Positions 35,808 to 48,199 of a stretch of 60,065 nucleotides of DNA are shown in pieces. A program made the translations under genes and the position numbers. Below the pieces are notes generated by a model. The model saw nothing but the letters and a program-made list of their open reading frames with translations. It was not told where the DNA came from and searched no databases. How positions within the stretch are numbered: position 1 is the stretch's first letter; each line of letters starts with the position of its first letter. Origin of the DNA: Klebsormidium nitens (Eukaryota > Plantae > Klebsormidiophyceae); NCBI GenBank assembly GCA_000708835.1, contig DF237490.1:1-60065 (forward strand), in the 5' to 3' direction.

Positions 35808-38049
35808 GGCTGCTAGGACCGCTCAGCAGCAGAAATCCAGCTCAGGACTTCCGAGTCACCGCTGTGGTGATTCAAGGGAAGCAGTGATTCAAGGTCAATA
35901 GCAATTAGTAGTAATTGCATCTAGCTGAGATAAGATTAGCTCGCAGCGGAGTTCATTGGTTTCTTCACCACCATTTTTGCGGCATCCTCGCCTCGCCAGA
36001 GAGAAATGAGAATGCATGAGAGACGTGAATCGTGATGTTGTTGGAGAAGAGTAGCTCAAGAATTGCTGACACAAGCAGAAATCCAACCTCCAAACACAAA
36101 ACCCTCTTGGAACCCTGCGTCGTGGGACTCGCGCGGCCGCCGCTCAGACTGGCCGGCAGCTACGTACCGCGGCCGCGCGGCGGCAATGGGTACACGGTGC
36201 GCTCGCGCGGCGGCTGGCGGTCGCCTTCACTACAGCTAGGGCTGATCCCATTTCCCCAAGCTTATATTACCCAATGGAGTTGATAGGCAGATTGCCGAGG
36301 AATGAAAGATGCCCCACGCTCTGAGAATTCGTCGCCGCAGACATTACTACAACGAAGGCCTGGTTACTGAAGCTTGAAGCGCGCCGCAACGCGCGCACAT
36401 GGGCCGGTCTTACGAAAGTAACCCTCAGGAACAATGCCCGCGCAATGCAAAAAATGGTCGAGTGGTTGGGAGACCCGCATGGCTGGGGACCCTCAAAAAG
36501 AGGCATCGGCAGCATTTCAGCATCAGTTCAGCATACGCTTTTGCGCGCCGCCACGTCCATCTGTCAAATGGATGTCCGGAGGAAGTTTGATTTAGACGCT
36601 TTCTTCAATTGTTGACGATGCTTGGAAACAGGATCGACCGTTTCTGGAAGTGCTTAGAGGTGCCGTAAAACTCTGATTAACAACAGATAAACGCAATTGG
36701 ACTTAGACGTCACACCAGTTGCCAGTATGCACCATTGAAAAACAGTCAGATGAGGGTCAGATGTTCCCCGTTTTCGTTGAGAGACTTTGGCCTGCTCTAA
36801 CTTACGCAGCGTATCATCTGTCGCTCTCTGCTGTGACTTCTGCCTGTGTGGAAGACTGCAAGGGACCAAACGACGGGAGTCGAGATGAAGTTCAGCTCAT
36901 TGTTCTGTCGCTTGATTTCCTAAGCGTTCCGCAATATCATCATCTTTTCACGAGCATTCGCTCTGAGCGTAGATACCGTTTCTGGGCCCAGATACTTTTT
37001 CTCTTATTAAAGAGCAGGGCCTTCGTTATCGGGGCCGTACTGCTCGCACATATGCGGCCGTCCAACAGCATATTGCGCACGTCATGCGGGACTGAAAGTA
37101 TCCGTCCGCTTGAGCATTGACCCAGTGCAAGGGTGAGTAAGACTTCAGCTCGCGCAGAAACTCCACGTTACGAAGGCAAAACGGCGAGCAAGTATGTGGC
37201 AATTTGGATTAGCAAAAATAACTTTTCTGGCTTTGATCGATGACGAAACAAAGAGACAAAACCAGAGAGTGCTAGAATCAGGACCGATTGTCCTTGCTCC
37301 CTGGCAAGGATTCCTGAATGCCTTAATGCCTAATCCCGAAAAGGAACAGCACAATGACAGGTAGTATGCCCCGACTCTAGACATTCCAAAGGACTGAGAG
37401 AGCACAAGCTCATCTCCCTTTGCATCACTTTATCGCAAAGGTCTTCGCCAGCCGCATCGGTCTGTTGCATTCCAACTCCTTCGCGGCGACACCTCTAGAC
37501 AACCCTTTGCCACGAACCCAATCGATGTAAACCAAGGAATCAGATCTTTGTCTGACTTGAGTTGGGCCTACCTTTTCTTTGTAACGGCTGGGCTTCATTG
37601 GTATCGCGCCCATTCACCAAAAAAAACACGGACGGCTGAACTAGGTACCACGTATTCGAACTCCCTTTTCAGCCGCTCTCCATAAAATGGAGTCCACGTT
37701 ATGCACCGGGCACAAGCATATCCCTCGCTACTACTGGTCGCCTCTAAGAATTGCCCGCGCAACTGGGCAGCGCCGCGCCCGCGCGCAGCTGCAGGGTGCT
37801 CGGACTGTTCCCAAGCTGATTCCAAGGGGTATCGCCAAAACCTTCCCGCCCGCCCCGGTCGCAATCAATCTGCCTTACCGGGCACCGACGCCTCCTTCCC
37901 GCCCGTGAAAGGGGCCGCAGAGTCGCCCGGGGCTGGCTGACCAAGCAACAATCTTCCTTGCTTTTCGTAGCAGAGGTTCAGTGATTGCCCAGGGCTGCTT
38001 TGCCTGACGCAATCGCCTCGTTGCCCACCAAACCCAATCGACCGGCAGC

Positions 38050-39396
38050 AACGCGTCACGGTTCTCCGCGGTCTGCGCAGGGGCCTACAGACTTGCCTGG
38101 TGGGGAGCGCTCGAAAGCGCCGCCAACATCGATGCGCAACTGCGCAGACTGCTTGCGCCTCTCCCAAAGTGCCCGGATGTTCTCATCGGGCAGCACCAAG
38201 TTGCGCGCGCTCGCTGACTCTGAAGACGGGACGTAAACTGACAAGGCAAGATTTAAAGGGGCAGCTGCACTGCCCGGCAAGCTGTAGCCGGGTCCCCGTA
38301 CCGATGACACTGGCTGATGGAAAGGGCGGCACGCGTCTCGACCGCGCACCTGACGCAGGGCCGGCGAAGCGGGGTAACGCTGGAAGCGTCATGTCGTCCG
38401 CTCGGCTGCTGGCGGCATGTGAAGTTTTCGGAAAAGCAGAAAGGCTTGTGATCACCGTGCAGAAGATGCAGAACATCCAAGTTATCACTGGAATCGCGGC
38501 GGCAGCTTGACTCACTTCCCGGACTTCCCTGAAAATCACCAAAGTTGATTAGACAATACTGCCAGTGGATAGGAGCACAAATCACCTTCTCAAAAGTTAA
38601 GGAACTTAACCAGCACACGACGTAGCTAGAATCCTTATTGAGAAGATTATTAATTTCACAGGTAGTGTTTCGGTAGGTTTACTCAAAGACTTGCGAATGA
38701 TGATGATGACATCTCAATGACAGCTCAAGAGCGACGCTGGCAAAGCCGTGGCAGGCGACCGAATAAAGCGCAAAAGGCGGCAGAGCGTCACGATAAGTCT
38801 TTGAAATGAAACAGAGGTTAGGAACAAGCCGCTTTTACCAGTTTCGTGGGCCCCAGCCTTCACAATCGGTTCTTCTTCCTTCTTCACAACATCAAGAATT
38901 GTTGACAGAGGGGGAGCAGGCCGCCCACCTTCTTTGTGCACGGCGAAATCCAGAAAGCTGCGAAGGGGGTTCGCGGCCGCCACGTGCGCGAAGTGAGTGA
39001 CGTGGCGCCGCAAAATGAGGACCCACGGCTCGTCGATTACTGTCGATTACTGGTTTGTTGCGTATCCACTTCAGTTCTTGGTTTGGTATGAGTCAGTGCC
39101 ATCCCTTATTCCGTTCGCTATCTGGTTCAATTATCAAACGATAGTACCCCGCTCCCCTTCTGCATTTGTTCCGTTTCCGTTCCGCAGCTCGCCTGTCCGC
39201 GCGACCCGGAGCCTTCTTGTTTTCGTCCCGTTTCGTTTAGTCCGCCGGACTCCCCTACGACTTTTCTTTTCAATTCCAAGCAGATTCTGGGCCTTGCTTT
39301 TTCTATCTCGTCTTCCGTCCACGCCTTGACGGCCCGTCCGCGTTTCCAGCTCCCGGCGCGGGCAAGCTTTTTATTCCGTTCCGCCGCCCTGGTCAT
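38050..39396 (-). other. Possible poorly conserved gene (exon-like segments only)
   Basis: Open segments MTRAAERNKKL..QKGSG (ATG near 39396), FLDFAVHKEGGRP..AHET flanked by cag/gt, and SASARNLVLPDENIRALWERRK. I could not assemble a phase-consistent model and no domain is recognisable. Confidence 0.25.
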
Positions 39397-41196
39397 CTCC
39401 GCCGCACAGCCGGCAGCTCTCCGAAGCAAAATAGTGGCCCACCTACTAGCGGATCAACGTCTGCATCCCTCTCCGCTCTTTTGATTATCTTCGCTTGATT
39501 TACTTTTGCATTTTTAGGGGCGCGCTATTTTCCAACCTGGCAGTTCGAACGATTAGCAGAAGCCCGACCTGAAAAAAATTGGATGCTGGCAACGGAGCTA
39601 CAGTCCAGAGCTGCGGAGTTCTTTTCCAGTACACAACCTCTGCCGCTCGGTTGCAAACCGGGACACTGTTTTTAGCTTTCGCAGCCGTGTTCTTCAAGAT
39701 GCGACTCGAGCGAATTCTTCGTCATATCTGGACAATCAGCCACAACAAATGTTTTGAAAGCAAGGCAATCCGCCGAACCGAAAGGCAGACAAACTTGAAT
39801 CCAAAGCTCCGCAGCCGTTCCTTGAGCGGACCACAAGCTGCTTTGAGGTGTTGCGCGATTTGACGGAAGGCTGGTTCAGAAAACTAAGAGAGTCACACGT
39901 CAAAGACCACCGGGGAAATTTGTCTCAATCAAATCAGAACGTTTCAGTCCAAGGCTTTCTTAGCAGAGACTCTTATATGTTTTATACCCCGTACTTCCAA
40001 GAAAAACCTTCGTCAGCATATCTATTTTTGGACGTGTCTAGCTAAAAGAGCTTCTCGCAGCAAAAGCGGCTCAGTGAGCCCATTTTAAAAAGTCCGATCA
40101 TGTATAGCGTCCTTGGATCCCGTACTCTATTGTAACTTTGCAGGTAATTCAATCCCCGCTGTTGCCCGAGCTTGTTACCCGGGGTCCAGTGCCCGGAACC
40201 AATGTTGCCTGCTCATTGAGAAATCCTGGGGGAATGACGCCTTTCCTGACCGACCTGCGCAATTGACCGGAAAGTGGCAGGGGGCGCTCCAGGATTCTGC
40301 CCTATCTTCCGAACACTGAGAAGACATTAATCCTCCCCGCGTATGTCTTGCATCTCTGTAATATCTTGCCACACGGCACGCGAACTTGGACGGATGTCGC
40401 TTTGAACATGGCAAGGGTGCGGCCTCCACTAACTCGCTTTGTTACCTGACATGAGCCGCAGAATTTGTGATAAGGCATCTGCCGATCGTTTTGCCGTGAG
40501 CAAGGAGGTTACAAAATTGTCCCAGGATGGCGAGCTGGAGCGCTTGACTCTCTGCGTGTTATGTGTTTTAGAAGTTTCCACTTCAGGATCATGATCCTCT
40601 ACCATCTTCGTGCTAGGTGACTCCCTTGAATCGTCCATGATAGGCTTTGACGCCAATATTGCAGGTCATCATGATCATTATTCATGCAGATCGTATGTCG
40701 CGTGTTAACTCCAACCATGGCAAAGCAGAAAAAATGGATGAGTGTTCATGACCAGTAAGTTCATCCCTTGCACTCGCATGCTGAAATTCTAAAACAGCCG
40801 AGAAGAATATGTCAACGTGATGGGCAATATGAGATTTTGTGGAAAATGAAGATTTTGTTGGTGTACGAAGTTTCATGTACCTGGCTGTCTGGTCTTCATA
40901 ACCTAGCGTTACTCTTTGAAAAGCCTAGTCTCAACGAGGGCTGAACCAAATCCTATTTCACACCTACTATAGTATACATCGCCCCAGAAAATCCCCTTTG
41001 GTACATCTTGACTTGGTTCACCTTACCGGGGCTCTTTCACTGGAGGTGATTATACTATTCCAAACCAAACCACACAATTGAAAAACGAGTAATTTACACG
41101 TATCTACAGGAGGCCTGCTAAGTGCACGCATCCGTGCTTCCTGCCTTGTGGTCACGCTCTGATTAGCGGACGGCAAGGCTCTCAGCCGCCGTCCCG

Positions 41197-44100
41197 CTAA
41201 GAGAAGGCAGACCTGATGTCCGAAATCTGCGCCCCGAGGACCTTGTAAGTCCCGCTGTCCGAGTTGAAGGAGGTCGCCGTGATCTGCGTCTTGCTGCACG
41301 TGTCCACGGTGTTCTGAATGGTTTTGGAGCTGCTGGAGTAGAAGGGCCAGAAGCCCCCCGAGATGTTCTGTTGGAAGTAGCTCCTTTCGTCGTCGGACCA
41401 GTCGGCCTCCCTGCAGCGAGACAGCGGAGATCATCTGAATGCTTTCAGGAAGTTCGGACACGGAAGCTGGCTAAGACAAAAGTTTGATCGATTGACTGTG
41501 CAAATCAAAGGCGCCCACATATGTGTCCTCGCTCTTCCCGCCCGGGCTGGGGAGTCCAATCGCGAGTGCATCTTCTGGTGAGAAATAAATTTGAGCTCGG
41601 TCGCTCGGAGCAGTCATGGAGCGTCACACGACGAGATCGGGAAGGTCTTGCTGCTCCGGTCAAAGGTGCTCACAAGCGCGCCCGAAAGCACTCACATGGT
41701 CGTGGTGATCTTGAAGGGCCCCCGAACCACGTAGATGGAGTTGATGACACGTGGCACCTGGCCCTCCTGGTCGGCTCCGTTGCCGAAGAAGTTGGTCTGG
41801 CTGGTGGGGTCCTTCCAGATTGTCGAGTCACCGTTCAGGGCCGTCGCCATGACTGACGAATCGAACCAGGTGGTCTTGGCAGAGACCGGCACGGACACCA
41901 CCTTTCCGTAGGAAACCTGGGAATTGTGAAGCACAGCATTGGGTGGAGGAAAATCGTGACGATCTTGTGTGAGCGGCGCGAGAATCTTGTTTAGAATTGT
42001 TTTTGAAAAAGGGCGGCGTTTGGGTTCCACTTTCAAGAGCGTGGGCTCCTTGCACTTCAATCAAGCGAAGCTTGTCAACTGTTATAGAGAGACCGCAGCA
42101 ACAAAGCAGCATCTTGAAGTTCTGGATTGTTAACGAAGGAAAGGACAAATACTGAAGCTACAGCGGACTTAATGCAAGGCCTGAAGAAGATTGCCGAAGC
42201 GTTGATGAAGACCTTGCCTCGTTACGAACAAGAAGAAAGAAAAACTAGGCTGCACCGAAGTGGGCCACAGAAAAACACTCTGACACTCGCATACAGTCCC
42301 CAATGAAAAGGCAGCCGACGCCGATGCTTACCGTGACCGTAACCTTTGCGTTGGCGATCTTGGAGCTGAGGCTGGTCGCGGTGGTGCTGGTGTCGCTGCC
42401 CCACCACAAGAATCTGTCATCAGACTCGGTGTGGGCATAAGCGGACGAGAGGTCGATGGCTGCCCCCTGGTTGTCGAAGGTAAAGTTGATAGCAGACCCG
42501 CCATTGAGCATGCTCTTCAGTGCCTGCTCCAAGCAAGTAATCAGAGTGAGTCCCCACATTGGCACGCGAACAAAAATGGATATGGAACAGCCCTTTGGAT
42601 GCATCAAAAAAGTCGATGCCGTCTGAACGGAAGTCTCTGCCAGAGATGTCTGTTCAAAGCATGTCTAATCGCTGCTTTGGCTTCGGAGCACGCGGTACAA
42701 AGTCAGGCCAAAAAGAGCGCTTCCTTTGACCTGTAGAGTTACATACTCAATCTGCCTGAAGCACTTGAGTGCAGCACTTTGAAGCCACATAGACTAGCCA
42801 ATCAGTCCAAGCATGCATTGAATGTCGTTCTGATGACTGCCCTTGAACGTTTCTGTTCTAACGGATAGTGTCAAGCAAAGATATCACTGGCAAAAGGGGT
42901 CGCGTTTCAGATCAGAAAAGTGCGCAGCCCAACATGTGAGCGGTGGTTTACGCAATTCACCTTGATATCGGTCTCATAGAGCGTGGCGAAGTTCTTGGGG
43001 TTGTGCACCACATCCAGGGCCGCCTTGATTGGGTCGTCGGTCATGCTCAGGAAGGCTTCCTCGACCTCGGTAGCATCGCCGTTGAAGTTCTTGTCCGCCC
43101 ACGCGTTGAAGACGGCAGGCGTAATTTTGCCCTTGGCGGTCTTCTTGTACGTGTACCACTCGTCCAGCTGGTCGCCCATGGCGGCTTCGAACGCGCTGCC
43201 GTCATCGCCAGGGCTGAAAAAGAGGTCAATGCAACTCATTCTCGTGCTCAAAAAGGTGACGTGATTAGCTCTCCTGCTTTTCTTAGTCGTTCAAACAGAG
43301 TTGCCCATGTCGTGCTCTTCAATTGTGAGAACAGCTGCTTGATTGCGCAAAGTCCACACGAGACGTACCGGCAACCTTGAAGAACAGGAAAAGCTCATAG
43401 TCAGAGGCAAGGAAGCGCCACATGCACGCAGAATTGGTGTCATCGACTCACTTGAGCGGGGCGACAATGTTCTTGTACGCCTGATGGAAGTTGACCTTCC
43501 CTCCCAAGCTGCCAAACATGACTTTGTTCGGAATGCGGTCCATCTGATCCCACAGCTCCTTGCTCGTCGTGCCGAGGCTAACGGGGGTCTTCAGCGCCTG
43601 AAAGCCAGACGGATCAACCCCCAGCGCCTGGGCCAGCTGCATGTAATACCGGGAGGGCATCGAGGACGTGGGCACTTCGGCGGCCGCGCTGAGTGGCGCA
43701 ACCTTGGCCGCGGGCGGCGCCGCAAAGTAAAGGACTTGCCATCAGCAATCAACTTTGTTGCAATGAAGGTTCCCTTTTGGAAGCAAAAAGTCAGCGCTTA
43801 CCTTCACAACGCTACAAAGTGAACCGTCACGCTAGGTGGATCTTGCTGCCAAGTCGCAGAAGTGCGCTTTAGCTTTGAGCAAACGCTCAGAAACAGCGGG
43901 GCAGGTGAGCGACAGTAGAGACTGATTTCATAGGCACCGCCATTTCCGCGCAAGTCCAGTTCAATTGCAAGTCCAAGATCAGTCTCTCGTGCAAAAGTTC
44001 TAGGCCCCTCTTTAACGTAGTAAGATTGCTTACCTGATGTTGCCACCGCTTTTGGGACTATGCCCGCCCCCTGGTCCTTGGCAGTCCTGAGGCAAAGAGA

Positions 44101-44654
44101 AAGAAGGTTAAAGCTTCAGTGCACAGCCATGAAACTTCTCTTTCCGAATTCGACTGCTACCAAGCAGGTCCGCTTGCAGATGATATGTTCATCTCCTATG
44201 TGCTTCAAAAGGCTACCCAAAAGCATTTCTGTCCTTGAATCCGGATCAGAAGCAGCAAAAGGAGCGGCTGCTTCAACCAAGGACGCTTGGCAATTCTGCT
44301 GTCAAGATCTTCCAGGAACATTCTTGGCATGCCAATCTATGCCTCTCAAAAACTGTCTGCATGACCGGTGTGAACCCGTGCGAGCAATCGTCTGCAACAG
44401 GAAAAACATGACTCGTTCAGCAACAGGGTAAGAGACCAAATAAGAGACCAGACTCACCTTGGTCCACTCTGGTAGCCGCCGGCAGCTGCCACCAGTACGC
44501 GGGGCTTGAAGGAAGCGGCGACGTTCTGGGAGCGCCTAAGCGCCACAGGCGCCGTGCGGACTTGGTCGCCCATGAAGCTCGAAGATCTGCCAGCGCGTAG
44601 GGACGTCAAAGAAGCGGGCTGGGCGGCGCAGCTGAGCATGGAGGAGGCAGCCAT
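41197..44654 (-). CDS. Putative plastid-targeted hypothetical protein, 470 aa, beta-rich mature domain, possibly pore-forming-toxin-like
   Basis: Seven phase-consistent exons: 44654-44458, 44086-44034, 43734-43452 (AAG acceptor), 43213-42961, 42523-42332, 41916-41696, 41410-41197. The N-terminus MAASSMLSCAAQPASLTSLRAGRSSSFMG..VALRRSQNVAASFKPRVLVAA is a typical Ser/Ala/Arg-rich transit peptide. Exons 3-7 have strong C/G third-position bias. Confidence 0.8.
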
Positions 44655-45489
44655 GGCGTTTGGAGGATGTCGGAGGGAGCTTCAAAGGACTTGCGGGAGT
44701 CGAGAGGGAGGAGTGAAGGCTTTGAGGGACTGGTAGAAAGCGTCGAGTCGAAGCTGCGCGTTGAGAAGGGGAAGTGGGCTTGTGGAAGTGACGGAGGGAA
44801 AGAGAATTCCGGGTTTTTATAAGCCCCATTCCGGGCCCTGAACTAGTGCCCCTGCTGGCGAGTGACTGCCTTCAGCCGCAAGTCTGCGATGGGTGCTTTC
44901 AGCAGGCCAACTTTAGCAGCAGTGTCTCTGCATCATGATGCATCGCTGCGTGAAGCCTTGTCACTGCAGGTTCTCAGGATGAAGCGAAGGGCCGTCGCTC
45001 ACTGTCGCACTCCCGCTCGTCGGGCGCACGCTGAGTCAGCATGGGAGTAAGTGCTTGACCTGGCACGTCCTAGTCACACGCTCGCAGGCAGTGCCAGTGC
45101 ATTATGCGCGCATAATCGAGGGGCATTAGCTCCGCTTTGACGGTTCCGTGTTGCCGGGCAGCTGGAGAATTATGCAGTAAGGCCAGCTAAACCAGCGCCC
45201 TTAACCCAGTTTTTAATCAAACACTGAAGAGCAGGTCAGTCACGCATTTTTGAGCTCGTGATCTTGTGAGCTAGCCTGCGCCCATGATTTGGTTTCGACT
45301 TGTCTCTTGGTTTCTGAAATTTATGCTAAGCTACAGTAAGCGAATTCTAGAATACCGATACAATACTGAGGGTTAAGCCGCCTAGAGGTTACGTTGACAT
45401 ACCAACCTCATCATAGCAGATGCAGACTGCTTGTCGAAGCGGCTGCGGCACTCAGCAATAGAGCACTGAGCACTTCCCAACGGTGAACA

Positions 45490-45720
45490 TCACGTGATGC
45501 TAGTAAATGCTCCGAAGCAGTAACTGCTCTCACCTGCGCATGCATCATGCAGCACAGCAGAGTCCGGCATCGGCTCAACTCTGGGCGCCCTGCGCCGTGC
45601 GAGTGCCTCGCGCCTGCATAATGCATCTGCGACCGTACTACAATTTAAGCAGCCGCCAGGAAACTTTCGGATGAACGTACTGCATTTCCAGACCGCGACT
45701 CCGGCCATCACTGCATCCGT
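45490..45720 (-). mobile_element. Possible Ty3/gypsy pol fossil (RNase H end to integrase start)
   Basis: IRKFPGGCLNCSTVADALCR resembles YxPGxxNxxADALSR. The following LHDACAGESSYCFG loosely resembles the integrase H..GHFG segment. Confidence 0.25.
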
Positions 45721-48199
45721 GGAGCCGTGGCAGATTCCTCTGGCATGACACGGTCTTCAAGAGGAAAAGGCTTGGCCTGCTGGGCCCTGGCCTCTGGGGC
45801 CAGTTCTCCAACCTACCTAGCGCGCTACGTATACATCACTAGCGCGCTGGGCTTCTCCGGGGGGCGGTGGAACTTACGATAGGCGATAGGGTCTTGCATA
45901 GGCCCGGTGCCGGTACGTACGTACGCACAGATGAATGATGCCGCATGCGCATTGCGGACTGGTGATCATGGTGAGAGCCGACGACGGTACGGAGTCAGGA
46001 CTCAGGAGCATTTGCTTCTCTGTGGATGTGTGCAGTGTGGAGCATTCACTGTACTTAGACTTCGACATCACCAGCAATGTTCGACAGGAGCCGTCAAACT
46101 AGGCGAACGTCAGCCGCCGGAATTGCCACCCGGCCGACTCAACCGAGGGAAGCTTTTATAGGCTAGGAGCCTAGGAGTTTGACTGACACAAGCCGACCGG
46201 TTCATAGGTCCAACCGACTGCGAATCAAAACCCGTGAGTCCGTGTCGATTCTCGAACGCGGATATCACCAGACAGCTAGCGGCGCTAGAGCGCCCGATTT
46301 TCAGAAGATCAGAATACCAGCAGCTAGCAGAGCAATGGCATGAAGTCCGCCTCGTATTGGCTAATACTTCAATCAGGCCGGGCATCCGGGCACAGTCTCA
46401 GAAAGTCTTAGTGAGTGAGTGAGTACTTTACAGTGAGGACAAAGGAGCCTGACCAGCAAATTTGGTGTCAAAAGTGAGGGGGCCTGAAGGCATGTCGATC
46501 ATATCAAATCTGCCCTTAGTAATCTGGCGTCGAAGACTCGACGGGGCCACATGGCACAGACAGTTCCGGATCCCTTATCGAAGCACAATTCGGCGATCTA
46601 CGGCAGTTCAGTACGGCTTTTCACGTGCTTGTCTTTTTGATCTTTTAGATGTGATGTATTGATGTATACAACTTGTGCAATCTAGCTGGCCATACGCACG
46701 CCATACGCAGCGCATCAGATGGAGTCTGCGGATTTGCACATTGCAGAAGCGGGGCACTATTAATGTCAAGGGTGGTTTTTCAAGAGGGCTCGAAGCTTGG
46801 ACGCTAGTAGGATTCTAGGATTTTCTCCGATTTCCAACGTGCTGGGGATCGATGACTGGTTCGCCCTCTGATTCCGAGTTGGAAGGAGTTTGTCACTACG
46901 TGCAGTGCTTGCGGTAAATTAGGTACACGACGTACGCGCGTAGACGCGTACACGTTGGCAAGTGCTGATAATCTCACTGTGCCGCAGTGCTATTGCACCA
47001 GCTTGATACCGTTAGTGCGAGCTCCTCGCAGCCATCCCCCAGCAGGCCCCCAGCCACCTCGCAGCCATATTTAAATCACATTTAAATCCATGCTATACCA
47101 GACAATGAACCGAGTGATTAAATGTCTAAGGGCGACGTGAATGCAATATGATGGCAGTATAGAAAGCATATCAGTGCCTTGTCTGATCCACTTGGACGTT
47201 CCTGCTTGATTAGTAATTAGCATGTTGGCTGCATCCCGGACTGCATCATATGAAGAATATGAGTGTAGATCACACATGTACGTTACACCCTGCGGACTGC
47301 AGTGGTGTAATTACTGATAGGGTACGATAAGCCGGGCCTTGAATGGTTTGCAAACCAAGCTGGCTCATGAGACGTATGCATGTTAGTATCTCAGTGCGGG
47401 CCGCGCCCTGCTGTACTGCTGCCCTGGCTTATTGCGTTATCATCAAAGTTTTGAAGTCGAGGTGCCCCGGAGCGAAATAAATCTCGGGCGCTGCATGCGG
47501 GATTTGTTGAGTCGAGTAGTATCTTAGCTTCTTTATCTGAAGAGTCGCAACGCGGTGTCCGTGATAGCCCGTGCTCAGTGGTTGACTCTGAGAAAGGACT
47601 TTTTCAAAGAAGTGAACTAGTTTGAATCACAATATGGCAAGTGCATGACCGCGAATAGCCACAATCATTTAGGTATACCGATTTTGTTGTAGAAATCGGA
47701 ACATGTGTATAGAAAGTCACTTATCCATCTAGTGCGAGTCTTCCACATGTCAAATAGACTCAGCCGGCCATCACGTAAGTTTGTAAGTTGGCAACGTGAT
47801 TGTCAATAGCTCACCAATTCAAGCCAACTGAATGATGTGTGTTCTGATTACGCAAATTGATGCAAACAACCATTATCAATTGACCACTGATCGCCCATGT
47901 CCGTTGCTTAGATCATGGTTGCGAACTTGACCACAAAAAACTTCGGGTTGATACCTGTCGGATGAACAGCAAGGAATTGCAATGTGAGGCGTGCCTGCCG
48001 TAAAGATGTTGGAACGACCACGTTATGTGACACCTTCTTGATACTCCACATATGACTGGTGTAGTCTATCTGCTTGGCATATCATGCATGCTGCGGTAGT
48101 GCATTACGGACCGGTTGAAGTCTCAATCGTGGAGCGCTTTCTCCAGCCGGACAGCAGACAGTCTAGGGATGGATGTCGAACTGTACCTAGCGCCTGCCA

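Noticed and set aside
36719-37120. 133-aa plus-strand ORF
   Set aside because: No codon bias like the true exons, no domain and no convincing splice context.
37145-37864. Possible second DIRS RNase H/MT fossil (QVRQRSDSLVYID, KVIFANP)
   Set aside because: The motifs are too short and degenerate to distinguish from chance without a profile search.
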